Positions 1-11,300 of a stretch of 46,590 nt of DNA are shown one piece after another. Position 1 is the stretch's first letter, and every line of letters begins with the position of its first letter. The notes under the pieces are model-generated. The model searched no databases and was not told the origin of the DNA. It worked only from the letters and a program-made list of their open reading frames with translations. Location: assembly GCA_008690995.1 (NCBI GenBank), contig VRMN01000032.1, positions 1-46,590 on the forward strand, written 5' to 3'. Both the position numbers and the translations under genes were made by a program. The stretch comes from Porphyridium purpureum. Its lineage: Eukaryota.

Positions 1-3000
1 CGCACAGTGTCGCAGACTCGGCAGACGGTCGCGCCACACGTCGGTCCGCACGACGACCGCGCCAGCGTGCGGGGCCTGCCGCACACATAGCGGTCAGGGA
101 TGCCGTGCTTGGCCACAGCGCATCTGTTCGCAGCTCTGCTCGCATGCTCCGTCCGGCGGGCTTTGACATTTCGCGACGCAGCGTGGCTCGGATGGCGCAG
201 CTCGAAGCGCCGCACGCATGTCCGGCCGCCGAGTGCATGCGACGCTACCAGAGTGCGGCTCAGCTGGGCAAGCACTGGCGTGCGGCACATCCGACGGAGC
301 CAGCGAGTGCCGAGCTTCTGTCCAGCCTGCACTTGAGGCGAAACGCGTGCGGATGGGCGGTGCGCGACGTGCAGCCCCAAGACGCGTGCCAGTGTCCAGC
401 GTGCCGAGCGCTGTGGAACGCGTGCCCTGTGGCAGGCTGTGAGGCATCGTGGTCCGAGCCAGCTGGGCTGCTGCGGCACTTGGCGGGCAGTAATCACTCG
501 GCTGAAACACTTGCCGCAGTGCCACCGGACGCGCTCAGAGCGGTTGGGCTGGCACGCCGGGCGTGCGGCGCGATGTGCCTGCTGCCTGCGCTGTCTGTGC
601 GCCACCAGCGCAGTCGATGCCGGGATCCTGCGCGTTGTGCCGAGGCATTTGAAGGGCACGGCGGTCGCGCAGTCTGCACAGCGAGCGGGCGCAAGCGGAG
701 CATGCGACGACACTCGCAGTGGCTCCGACACGGCCGCAGACACGCATGTGTCGACGGCGCGTCACGCCGCTGCGCATCCGCCGTCGCCGCTGCTCGACGC
801 CCCCATACTCACCATTCTTCAAACGGTAGATTGGGTGCTGGGGCTGCGCGTGCGCACGTGGAAGCGCGTACCGGCAAAGTTTGCGCCGGACGTTGCGCTC
901 GAGTTCAGCAGCATGCTCACGGAGCTGGCCGAAGCCGCGTCCGAGGCCGCACAAGTCCGCGCGCTCGGAAAGCTGTGGGTGTTTCCGACTTTGGTGCTGT
1001 GCCTGCCCATGGAGCGCCAGAGCACGCGCGCGCGGGCAAGATACCTGGCGACGCGGCTCAAGATGTGGCGCTCCGATGCGCTCGAGCCACTGCTCGACTC
1101 GGTGCCTGTGGTGGACGGTCAACACCTCAGACCCATACCACCAGAGGCCGTGGAGCACCGCATCGTGCAGCATGTGCGCGCCAACCACATTGGCGCCGCG
1201 GCGCGACTGGTCGAGTCGGCGGGTGTGCACGACGTCACGGACTCGGTGCTGGCGCGCTTGCGCGAGCTGCATCCAGAGGCAGGGGCTCGCAGCGGCAGCC
1301 ACGACGCAGCGCTCGTCGCACCAGTCGAGTCGGTCAGTATCGACCAGCTGCAGTGCATGCGCGTGCCGTGGGACGCGCAGGCGGTGCGCAAGTCCATTCT
1401 GGCCATTCCGCACACCAGCGGGTGCGGACCGTCGCGGTGGTCCATAGGCGTGCTGCAGCAGGTCATCCGCACGCCCGTGGCGGGTGACACGGCGCTCGGG
1501 GCCGTGGCTCTCGCGTTCAAGCGCATCGCCAGTGTTGGTCTGCATCCGCAAGCTGGCGCGCTGTGGAGCCACGCACGCCTCATCCCGCTCAAGAAGAAGG
1601 ACGGCGGCGTCCGACCGATTGCAGTGGGCGAGCTGCTGCGGCGCGTGCTGGGCAAGCTGGTGCTGGCACACCTGGGCAGCGACGCAGCCGAGTCGCTCCG
1701 GCCCGACCAGTACGGCGTGGGACGCCCGGCCGGGCTCGAAGGCGCGGTGCTGGGGACGCGCCTTGCCGCGATGCAGAGTCCAGGCACAGCCGTGCTGCTC
1801 GTCGACATTGCGAACGCGTTCAACTGCGTCGACCGGCCCACGCTGATGCGCATCGTGCAGGGCCGTTTCCCCGCGCTGTGGCCGCTGGTGCGCTCAACGT
1901 ACGCGCATCCGGCTCCGCTGCGAGTGGGCGCCCATGTGCTGGCCAGCGCGTGCGGCGTGCAGCAGGGCGACCCGCTGGGGCCCTTGCTGTTCTCGCTGGT
2001 GCTGCACAAGGTGCTGGCAGACACCGAGTCGCCGGGCTTGTCGTCGTTCTGGTACTTGGACGACGGCAGCATTGTGGGGCCGCTCGCGCAGCTGGAAGGC
2101 TTCCTGGACGCCTTTTCGAGCGACGCGGCCGTGCACGGCATGTGCGTGAACCGCACCAAGACGCAGCTGGTACTGCCTCCCGGAATGCACACGGCAGTCG
2201 TGCCCGCGGGACTCGCCGACCTGCCGCGTCTGGCGTGGGACCAAGCGCAGCTGCTCGGTGTGCCGCTCGACTTTACCGGCAGTGGCGAGTCGCTCGTGCC
2301 GATCACCAACGCGAGCGCGCAGGTGCTCCAGCTGGCGGAGCAGGTGGCCAAGCTCAGCCACCCCGAAGAGGCGTTCTACCTCCTGCGGGGCAGCGTCGGG
2401 CCAAAGCGCCTGATGCACCTGGCGCGCACCATGCCTCCGCCCGTCGTGACTCGCATCTTTGCCGAGTTTGACCGCGCGTGGCGCAGCATTGTCGCGCGCG
2501 CGCTGGGTGTGATGGCACACGAGGTCGGCGAGCCGTGCAAGGCCGAGTGGCGGCTGCCGTGCTCGCTTGGCGGCTTGGGACTGACCGCAGTGGCAGACAT
2601 TGCGCCGTTTGCGTTTGCCGCCGGCAGTCGTGCTGCCGCGCGCGTGGTGGACAACCCGCCCGCACGCGTGTACCCTCCGTCGCTCGCGCAGTGGTGGCGA
2701 AGGTTTGACGGAGACGCACACGCCGTGGCGCAGTGGCGCCTGGAGCCAGACGAAGATGTGGAAGCCCTGCTGGACTCGCAGGCACGTGGGAGCCGTCGCT
2801 TTTATCGACAATGGTGCTCAGATTGGTCCCACGCGCCGGCCCCGTCCGACCCAGACTTTCACCGACGTCGCAGCGTCAGCTCGCCGCACGCGCTGGCGTG
2901 GCTCGGGATGCCGTCTGCCACGCAGCTGGCCGGCACGCACGGAAGCGCGCCGCTGAGTGCAGCTGCATGGCGCGTGGCTGTGCGACACATGCTGGCCTGT

Positions 3001-3758
3001 CGTGAGCCACGCAGCGCGGCGTCCGTGTCCGGCGCTATCGGGCAGCTCGGATGCCGTCTGCGGGCCGCGCTGACCAGCACGGTCACCACGCGCTCGCGCC
3101 ATCTCGGCCGTCGCGGTAATGGTCGGCATCGCACTGGTGGTCGACGCCGTGGTTGCCTTTGCGCGCCGCTGGCTTGCCGGTGGAGCGCGAGGTGCGCCTT
3201 CCCGGCGCGGCGGCAGACTTGCGCTGGCCGGGCGACCTGCGCGGGACAGCACGTGGGTCGATGTGGCGGTGGTGGTGCCCGACCGCACCGGCACCAGGCG
3301 GTCCGACGGAGCGGCACTGGCGGCAGCGGCGCGTCGCAAGCAGGCCTCCTTCCAGGCTGCTGCGCGCACCGGCGACGCTGCTGGCGTGTCGTTCCAGGCG
3401 GTCATTCTGGACACGTACGGCCGGCGCGAACAGTGCGGAGCCGCGTTTCTGGAGACTCTGGTGGCGGCGTACATGCGGCACCGTGGAGTCAGCAAGATGC
3501 TGGCGAGCACGGCGCTCCACCGGTCGCTGTCGCTCGCGGTGTACCGCTCGGTGGCGGCGGCGGTGCTTCTACGGCACCCGGGCCCGACTCTGCCAGTTGC
3601 CTCGCAGCACTGGCTGGAGACGGGCAGGCGCCTCTTTGTAGGCGAGGTACTCTCGGAATCGGAAGCAGAGTCGCACTGACTTTGCTGATACATAGGTACA
3701 GAGCTTAGGCCCTTTAGATTTATAATGTAAAACGATTTCAGAGTAACCCTAGAGTAAC
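1..3758 (+). mobile_element. CRE-clade (SLACS/CZAR/Cnl1/MoTeR-like) non-LTR retrotransposon, family A copy 1; 5' end lies outside the window or is truncated
   Basis: Encodes zinc fingers, RT and REL endonuclease. The 3' UTR ends ...gtaaaacgatttc-AGAGTAACCCT-AGAGTAAC (3740-3758). The same 3' end recurs at 4694-4713 and partly at 26778-26782. Confidence 0.9.
105..3679 (+). pseudogene. Family A polyprotein (zinc fingers, reverse transcriptase, restriction-like endonuclease), split by frameshifts
   Basis: Frame 105: C2H2 fingers CPAAEC..LGKHWRAAH and CPVAGC..LRHLAGSNH. Frame 439: RT motifs GVRPIAVGELLRR, VDIANAFN, GVQQGDPLGPLLF, WYLDDG, LGGLGL. Frame 3119: REL tail VDVAVVVPD..RRKQASF..FQAVILDTYGR. 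Frame switches near ~650 and ~3000-3250. Confidence 0.85.
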
Positions 3759-4713
3759 GCTTTATCGACAATTGTGCTCAGATTGGTCCCACGCGCCGGC
3801 CCTGTCCGACCAGACTTTCACCGACGTCGCAGCGTCAGCTCGCCGCACGCGCTGGCGTGGTTTCGATGCCGTCTGCCACGCAGCTGGCCGGCACGCACGG
3901 AAGTGCGCCGCTGAGTGCAGATGCATGGCGCGTGGCCGTGCGGCACATGCTGGCCCGTCCGTGAGCCACGCAGCGCGGCGTCCGTGTCCGGCGCTATCGG
4001 GCAGCTCGGATGCCGTCTGCGGGGCCGAGCTGGACCAGCACGGTCACCACCGCGCTCGCGCCATCTCGGCCGTCGCGGTACGGTCGGCACGCGCTGGTGG
4101 TCGACGCCGTGGCAGCATTTGCGCGCGCTGGGTTGCCGGTGGAGCGCGAGGTGCGCCTTCCCGGCGCGGCTGACTTGCGCCGGCCGGGCGACCTGCGCGT
4201 GGACAGCACGTGGTCGATGTGCGGTGGTGGTGCCCGACCGCACCGGCACCAGGCGGTCCGACGGAGCGGCACTCGCGGCAGCGGCGCGTCGCAAGCAGGC
4301 CTCCTTCCAGGCTGCTGCGCGCACTGGCGACGCTGCTGGCGTGTCGTTCCAGGCGGTCATTCTGGACACGTACGGCCGGCGCGAACAGTGTGGAGCCGCG
4401 TTTCTGGAGACTCTGGTGGCGGCGTACATGCGGCACCGTGGAGTAAGCCAGATGCTGGCAAGCACGGCGCTCCACCGGTCGCTGTCGCTCGCGGTATACC
4501 GCTCGGTGGCGGCGGCGGTGCTTCTACGGCACCCGGGCCCGACTCTGTCAGTTGCCTCGCAGCACTGGCTGGAGACGGGCAGGCGCCTCTTTGTAGGCGA
4601 GGTACTCTCGGAATCGGAAGCAGAGTCGCACTGACTTTGCTGATACATAGGTAAGTACTTAGGCCCTCTAGATTTATAATGTAAAACGATTTCAGAGTAA
4701 CCCTAGAGTAACC
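3759..4713 (+). mobile_element. Family A copy 2, 5'-truncated, head-to-tail with copy 1
   Basis: Starts cgctttatcgaca, matching copy 1 at ~2797. Near-identical through the REL region and 3' UTR. Ends AGAGTAACCCT-AGAGTAACC (4694-4713). Confidence 0.92.
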
Positions 4714-5227
4714 TCCATCATGACAGCACACAAGCTTCTTCGATTTCACCTTTCCATACATTCGCGCTGCCACTTGCACAGCCACAATACGATCCAACGG
4801 CGCTTGGCACACTGCGTGATCGCGATCCAGAACGACACGCTCAACATGGTGCATTGGCATGCCACGCAGGGCATGCCGCTTGGTTCGGACTCAATGCATC
4901 ACCGACGCTATCAGCCGAACCGCGCGGACTTGAGCCACAGCCACGACACGAGATTCGATACCGTTCCCATCCTGCAAAGCGCTGCCGGACATCCGCGGCC
5001 CTGGTCCTCGCCGCGGCTACGAGATCAACGCGCGTGCATTCGTCTTCCGAGAGCTTCTGCGGCAAGTAGCGGAGTCACTGAAGCGCAAGGCGAACACGCG
5101 CACATGCGGGCGCTTTGCGTCGCTTGTGCCTCTTGTCGACTAACCCCAGCTCATCTCCGGCTGTCCCTAGCCCATCGCTCCCAGCCATTTCCCACCTCAC
5201 TCCCTGTCGTCCGTCCGAAACTATCTT

Positions 5228-5310
5228 CCCGCCGCCCGCGCCCCACCGCGCTCCACCGCCCGACTGCGCCCGCGCCCGCGCCTGCGCTGCGCCCGCGCCC
5301 GCGCCCGCCC
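5228..5310. repeat. C-rich low-complexity (CCCGCG)n tract
   Basis: Repeated cccgcg/cgcccg units seen directly; a similar tract lies at 5842-5920. Confidence 0.75.
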
Positions 5311-5773
5311 AACCTCGCCCCATCATTCGCGCCCCTCGTCTCTCGCCCCACGCCGGCGCCACTCTTCGCTCCCTCGCCGGCCGCACAACCCGCCAATCGC
5401 TCAATGCGCACGGCGTCCTCAGGTCGACTTGAGCCCGCACTTCATCATATTTCAATGCCAATTTTCTATGCTCATGCATACTAACAAAATGCTACTGTTT
5501 TACTATGCTTCTTCACAACCAACATGGGATGCCCATGTAATGCATGACCATCAATTATTTTGGGTTCGTTCTTCTATGCTCGATTTCTCATACTAACACA
5601 CTGGCATTTACCTATGAAAAAGCCAACTTTGGACACCAACCTCCAAGTATTTTCATATGACAACGATATCTTTTTACTATACACATCGTAATTTTGGACT
5701 TTGGACGATCTGGTCTACTTGTTTTTACACATGTATAACCATGTACTATAGTCCAACGCAACTGTACTGTAGC

Positions 5774-5841
5774 CCGAAGCAACTGTACTATGGTATGGCC
5801 GAACCGCAGGGCCCACCCTACCTGAAAAACGCCTCTAACCC
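5774..5841 (+). repeat. 68-bp dispersed repeat, copy 1 (identical to 22741-22808), ending in TAACCC
   Basis: ccgaagcaactgtactatggtatggccgaaccgcagggcccaccctacctgaaaaacgcctctaaccc is identical at both loci. Both copies are preceded by degenerate ~21-bp actgtactatagtccgaagca units. Confidence 0.92.
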
Positions 5842-5920
5842 CAGCCCGCCGCGCCCGCCCGCGCCCGCCGCGCCCGCCCGCCCGCGCGCCCACCGCGCTC
5901 GCCCGCGCCCGCCCGCGCTC
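5842..5920. repeat. C-rich low-complexity (CGCC/CCCGCG)n tract
   Basis: gcccgccgcgcccgcccgcgcccgccgcgcccgcccgcccgcgcgccc seen directly. Confidence 0.75.
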
Positions 5921-6448
5921 GACAACCATCCGGATCCAACCTTCTTCCCCTTCGCGTCGACCTCCCCTCCTTCGCCGCCGGCATGATCATAATTATAGCC
6001 TATCCTTCTATGCTTATTTAAATCATCAAACAGTGTCATTCTCATATAGTCCCGTGTCCTTCACATGGGATGACGCTGCAATGCATTACAATTTGTGATG
6101 TCTATGCAATACAAATTACTTTGCTGAGGATGACATTGAAATGGGCACAAAGCCTCTAAATACGTGCGTTTGAATAGTAAAATCAGCTCTAGTAAAGTAA
6201 TTTTTTTTCATAGTAACCGAATTTCATTTAGCAAAACGCACCTGTTTTGCGGACGCGCTTACATTAACTTTAGGGTTCCGCAGCGTACCCCCACAACAGC
6301 GGCATTCCATAGTAAAGTAACCTTGTTTTATGATTTTAAGTCACGTTACCCTACCGTTCAAGGCTAAAATTTCTCGCTGCAGGTATTTTTCGCCTATATA
6401 ACCGACGCGGAGGTGAGGTCGCTGGCCCGGGCGTCCGGCGACGACTTC

Positions 6449-8398
6449 ATGGTGCAAGGGATCCTGGGTCTTGCCCGCGCTCGAGCAGACGAGCTGATGC
6501 GTTCGTGGGGCCCCGCGCGCCCGCACGACGCGAAGACTGTGGCGCCGCCATTTCTTGGGTGCACCGATGCCGCTGCAGTGGAGATCGGCAGTGTGGCACG
6601 CGCGGCTGGCGGCATCCCCGCAGCGCTTCCCTCCGTCTCAGTGCCATCGGGCTCATTGTCGTGGGCGGCACGAGTCGCTCAAGCGGGGCCAGTCCCTGCG
6701 ACCGGCCAGGGTGATGGGCACATGGGCCGCACACTCACAGGCCGGGCACCTGTAGCAGCGCTTGCACAAACCCCGCGGGCCAGCAACCTCAAGGCTGCGT
6801 CTGGCAGCCGTGACGGCGCTGGATGGACCCAGACTGCACTGGGGATGCAGTCGTTCGAGTGGATTGTCCTGACAAGCTGCCACACCTCGGCAGAGCCGCG
6901 CTCCGTGCGCAAAGGCATCCGGGCGCTGGTGGCTTCGAGCTCTCCGCGCCGGCAGGTGGAGGGCAAACTTCCAGTGGAGGTCCTGTCGTTGCCGGGCGCG
7001 CCGTCTCCATCCTTCCTGGTGCTGGTGCCGGTCGGGTACGCCGAGGTGCTGGTGGACATGCTGCCGAGAGTGAGGGCAGTACATGTGAACACCATCCCGT
7101 TCTGGAACGGGACAACCCGCACGGCCGCGCTTATGCAGCGCCTTGGCGTAGACGTGGCCCGCTGGGGCCAGAGTCTGTCGGAGAAGGCCCGCACGGCTCT
7201 CGTACGTGACGCCCATACGCACACGGACCGCGTGGGTGCGCTGGACGCCCGCTCTTTCAAGAGCAAGCAGGCTGTGCTGGGACTTCTCCACCGCCTGCGC
7301 AAGACCCTGGAGCGCACGACGCCTGGGCCACCAGCTGCAAAGGTTCGCGCCACCACGTCGGGTAGCGCCGCACGTCCAGCCGAGTTGGTGCCAGAAACAC
7401 ACGTGCCCCTTCAGCCTGGGGCGAGTGTGGCTGAACCACCGCCGGTATCACCAGGCACCGCGAGTACTATGACCGACCGTGAGGCATGCGGACTGCCGGT
7501 GGATATGGGTGACAATGAAAGCCCAGCGGCGACCACGTCGGGTCACTCCGACGAGGAGAGCTCGACCAGCTCCGTCGCATTCTGCTCGGACTCGTCTATG
7601 CCGCTCTGTCCTGACAGTCCTCCGGGACCGGCCTCACAGTTCGTCGCAGGACCTTGCGCAGTGGTGCGCACGCCAGAGCGCTCACCGGCAGCAAAGCACG
7701 GTGCACCAGAGAAAAGCTCCCCGGAGCACAACCCGAAGCGACCTTCGGGGGCTCTCCGTGACGGGACACCCCGGGCGTCTCGCGCGCTTTTCGTGCAGCC
7801 AGCGGCGGGTACGGATTCGCAGCAGCAGACACCACCTGGACCAGACGGGCAGGTCGGGCCCGACGTCGACGCCCCGCAGGCCGCGCTTGCAGCCGAAGCT
7901 CCGCCGCATCCAGACGCGCGGCTGGTGGCCGACTACAGCGGCACCGCACCGGCAGGGAGCTTGGCCAGCTTGCCTGGAGCAGCACACTCGGATGCTCCTG
8001 ACGCGTTTGTTGGTGACCCGACACGCACAGACCAGGCTCTTCGCTGTCCCGCTGCGGATTGTGCAGCAGGCACGAGCAGCCACACCGTGCACGCCACCAC
8101 CGAGGCACTTGTTGCGCACATGAATGACGCCCACGCGGCTGCGGGCGCATTTCTTGATCGCGCGCGCCTGGCGCAGGCGGGCATCGGGGCGTACCCGTGC
8201 GGTCGCGTGTTCAAGCTGGGCACGTCCAGCAAGGCCCTCAGCATGCACCGCAGTCGGTGCGAGGGGGTCAGTGCGGGCTGCCCCCGTGTGGATGACGCCA
8301 TTTGGGGCGCATTCATCCAGGCCACGGCGCCAGCGCGCACGAGCCAGTCGCCGTCATCTGCACAGCCCTCCGGGGCTCATGAATACCATGATGAGTAA
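6449..8398 (+). CDS. Family B ORF1 (or the frameshifted N-terminal part of a single ORF): Pro/Ser/Ala-rich, with C-terminal zinc fingers
   Basis: ORF 6413-8398, first ATG at 6449. Motifs CPAADC..EALVAHMNDAH and YPCGRVF..LSMHRSRC. Directly upstream of and overlapping the RT ORF. Confidence 0.65.
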   Translation: MVQGILGLARARADELMRSWGPARPHDAKTVAPPFLGCTDAAAVEIGSVARAAGGIPAALPSVSVPSGSLSWAARVAQAGPVPATGQGDGHMGRTLTGRAPVAALAQTPRASNLKAASGSRDGAGWTQTALGMQSFEWIVLTSCHTSAEPRSVRKGIRALVASSSPRRQVEGKLPVEVLSLPGAPSPSFLVLVPVGYAEVLVDMLPRVRAVHVNTIPFWNGTTRTAALMQRLGVDVARWGQSLSEKARTALVRDAHTHTDRVGALDARSFKSKQAVLGLLHRLRKTLERTTPGPPAAKVRATTSGSAARPAELVPETHVPLQPGASVAEPPPVSPGTASTMTDREACGLPVDMGDNESPAATTSGHSDEESSTSSVAFCSDSSMPLCPDSPPGPASQFVAGPCAVVRTPERSPAAKHGAPEKSSPEHNPKRPSGALRDGTPRASRALFVQPAAGTDSQQQTPPGPDGQVGPDVDAPQAALAAEAPPHPDARLVADYSGTAPAGSLASLPGAAHSDAPDAFVGDPTRTDQALRCPAADCAAGTSSHTVHATTEALVAHMNDAHAAAGAFLDRARLAQAGIGAYPCGRVFKLGTSSKALSMHRSRCEGVSAGCPRVDDAIWGAFIQATAPARTSQSPSSAQPSGAHEYHDE

Positions 8399-11300
8399 GG
8401 ATACGTTTGTACCCACTCTCGGGGATGCCCCGAACCGGCAAGCAGCCGGTCGGGCAGGGTCCGAGTCGGACTCTGACTGGGCGGCCTGGGACACTCCAGA
8501 TGCCGGCGGGGACGTCGGTGTACGCACCGAGCATGCCGCAGTCTCACTCCGACAACGGGGCAGTCTGACTTCTGTGCGCGAGACTGGCGCCGAACGGACA
8601 TCCTCCGCGTCCAATGACGCGCCAAGTCGGCCCGCTCCGAGCACGGGCAATGAAACCATCATGGCGCCGGGACTCCGGCGACGGCGTCCGACGCTTTCCC
8701 GTGCACCGATCCTGGGCGATACAGAGTCGCCCACCGACAGCTCCTACTCGACCTCCGACTCTGGGGATGACTGGCTGCCCCAGCGTGAGCGAGCAGGCCA
8801 GCCATCAGATGACCACGGACAGCGGCCGCAGAGTCGCGGCGGCCTAGCACGGCCCCGGACACCGCAATATCCGTGCCCGGAGCCGCGTTGCCCGTTTGCG
8901 AGCAGCTCCATGGCCCACGTCGGCCGCCACTGGGGGCGCGAGCATCCCACGATCATGCCACCGGCGGACGTGTGGGGCGCGCTGGAACTGCGCAGAAACA
9001 AATGCGGGCTGGCGGTGCCACGAACCCAGGCTGACTCGGCATGTCAGTGCGGACCATGTACGACCGCGAAGCCCAAGTGCCCAGTCTGTGACACTCGCCT
9101 CGACCTTCGGTCCTCGCAGGTGCGCCACTTCTCGCGCCACTCTGCAGCGCAGGTCCGCGCCGTCCCGCCCGCGGTTCTGCGCACGCTGGGCGTTGGCCAG
9201 CGAGCGTGCGGCAAGATTTGCGAGGTCAACTCGCTGAACCACCCGCATGCCATCTCGCGATGCCTGGACCCAGTGCTTTGTGGCTCGGGCCTCACCCATG
9301 CCCAGACGCTGGCCGTCCGGCGCAACCGCGCAGCAGATGACCTGACTGGGCTCGACGACGTGTTTGCGCAACTCCGCAACTCTCCCTCGGAGTTCTTCGG
9401 TGCCGCCTCCACCCATACACTCGTCCGTTTTGTCGATGCGGTTTTGGCAATGCAGGTCAGAACATGGAAGCGGGTGCCGCAGCGGCTCAGTGCCACGGTG
9501 GCGCTCGAGCTCGCAGCCATGCTGGAGGACTTGGCGCGGGCGCCGTCGGAACTGGAGCAAGTGCGCGCTCTGAGCCGGCTGTGGACGTTCCCGACATTGG
9601 TTCTGTGCCTGCCGCCCGGGCGACAGCCGTCCCGCGCACGAGCGGCCTTCTTGGTGGACCGACTCCACAAGTGGCGCGCGGACAGCATCACTGAGCTTGT
9701 TTCGGCCGTCCCGGTAGACGCTGCTTTGCCAACGGGTACGCTGACTCCAGACCTGCTCGCAAAGCAGGTTCAGAAGCACATGCGCGCGCACCACATTGGG
9801 GCTGCCGCGCGTCTTCTCGAGTCCAGCGGCATTCATCAGGTCACTGATGACGTGCTTGCCAAGCTGCGCGCGCTGCATCCGTCAGCCGCCGACACCAGCT
9901 CACTGCGCCACGATGCGCACGGGCCTGGTCAAGACTCCGCATCCGCAGCTGACGTTCCTTGGGAGGGCGACGACATTCGTCAGCTCATCCTCGCCATTCC
10001 CCACACCAGCGGGAGCGGTCCGTCCCGCTGGTCGGCAAGTCTGCTGCACCAAGTGCTTCAGACCGAGGTGGCCGGCTCCAAGGTCCAAGTGGCTCTGCTG
10101 CGAGTGTCGCAGGCGCTCGTTCGTCGTGGCTTCGAGGGCCAGGCCGGAGCGCTCTGGAACCACGCCCGCCTTATTCCTTTGCGCAAGAAGGATGGCGGCG
10201 TGCGACCCATCGCGGTGGGTGAGGTGCTTCGTCGCGCGCTCGGCAAGCTTGCGCTCCGCTGCCTCGGCCAAGCTGCCGTGGACAGCCTGCTTCCGCTGCA
10301 GTTCGGCGTAGGCCGCAAGTCGGGCCTGGAGGCCGCCATCATGGGTACTCGCATGGCCGTGCTCGAGCCAACGCAGTCCGAGCCCGTAGCGGCCCTGAAA
10401 ATTGACCTGGCGAACGCTTTCAACACGGTCAGTCGCCACACGCTGCTTCGCTTGGTGCACGCGCGCTTTCCCGAGTTGTGGCCGCTGGTGCGGTCAACTT
10501 ACTCAACACCTTCTCCTCTTCGGCTCGGGACCCAAATGCTGTACAGCGCTCGGGGCGTGCAGCAAGGGGACCCGCTTGGCCCGCTCTTGTTTTCGTTGGT
10601 CCTGCAAAACGTCTTGGCCCAGTTCTCGGCGCCGCAGGTGCACCAAGTATGGTACTTGGACGACGGCTGTGTCGTCGGCACGCCAGCGCACTTGGCTGCA
10701 TTCCTTCTGGCCTTCGAGCACGACGCGCAGGCCCATGGCCTGGCGATCAATCGCGCAAAGACCGAGTTTATCTTGACGGGCACGATGACGCGCAGCGATG
10801 TGCCGGACGGCCTGCAAGACTTGCTCGTCACTTCGTGGTCCGAGGCGGAGCTTCTCGGTGTGCCCCTGGACGCGACCGGTGCAGGCCGTGCACTGGCGCC
10901 CATCGCGCGTCTCTCTCGCAAGGTCCTCGACCTGGCTCGCACCGTGTCCGAGTTGCCGTGCTCCGAAGAGGCGTTTCACCTCCTCCGCGGCAGCGTGGGC
11001 CCGCGCCGCCTCGCGCACCTGACGCGCACCATGCCGGCCGATGTGATCCGTGCGGAGCTCGCTTCCTTTGACGAAGGCTGGCGGCACTGCGTCGCACGCA
11101 CAGTCGGGACTGCGCCGGCGGACTGCCTCGACGGCACCGACGTCCGACCCGAGTGGCGCTTGCCCTTGTCAATGGGGGGCCTCGGCCTGACCGCGCTCAC
11201 CGACGTTGCTCCGTTCGCGTTCGCGGCAGGCAGCCGTGCAGCCGCGCGTGCCTTGGACCAGGTACCCGATGATGTGGTGCCACCCACTTTGGTGCGCTGG

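Noticed and set aside
4720..5986. ORFs 4720-5484 and 5657-5986
   Set aside because: They read through low-complexity C-rich tracts and have no protein-like features.
4714..6350. Spliced-leader, snRNA or tRNA target gene, or a 5' ribozyme, next to the CRE elements
   Set aside because: No recognisable structured-RNA motif by eye; it would need an Infernal/Rfam search.
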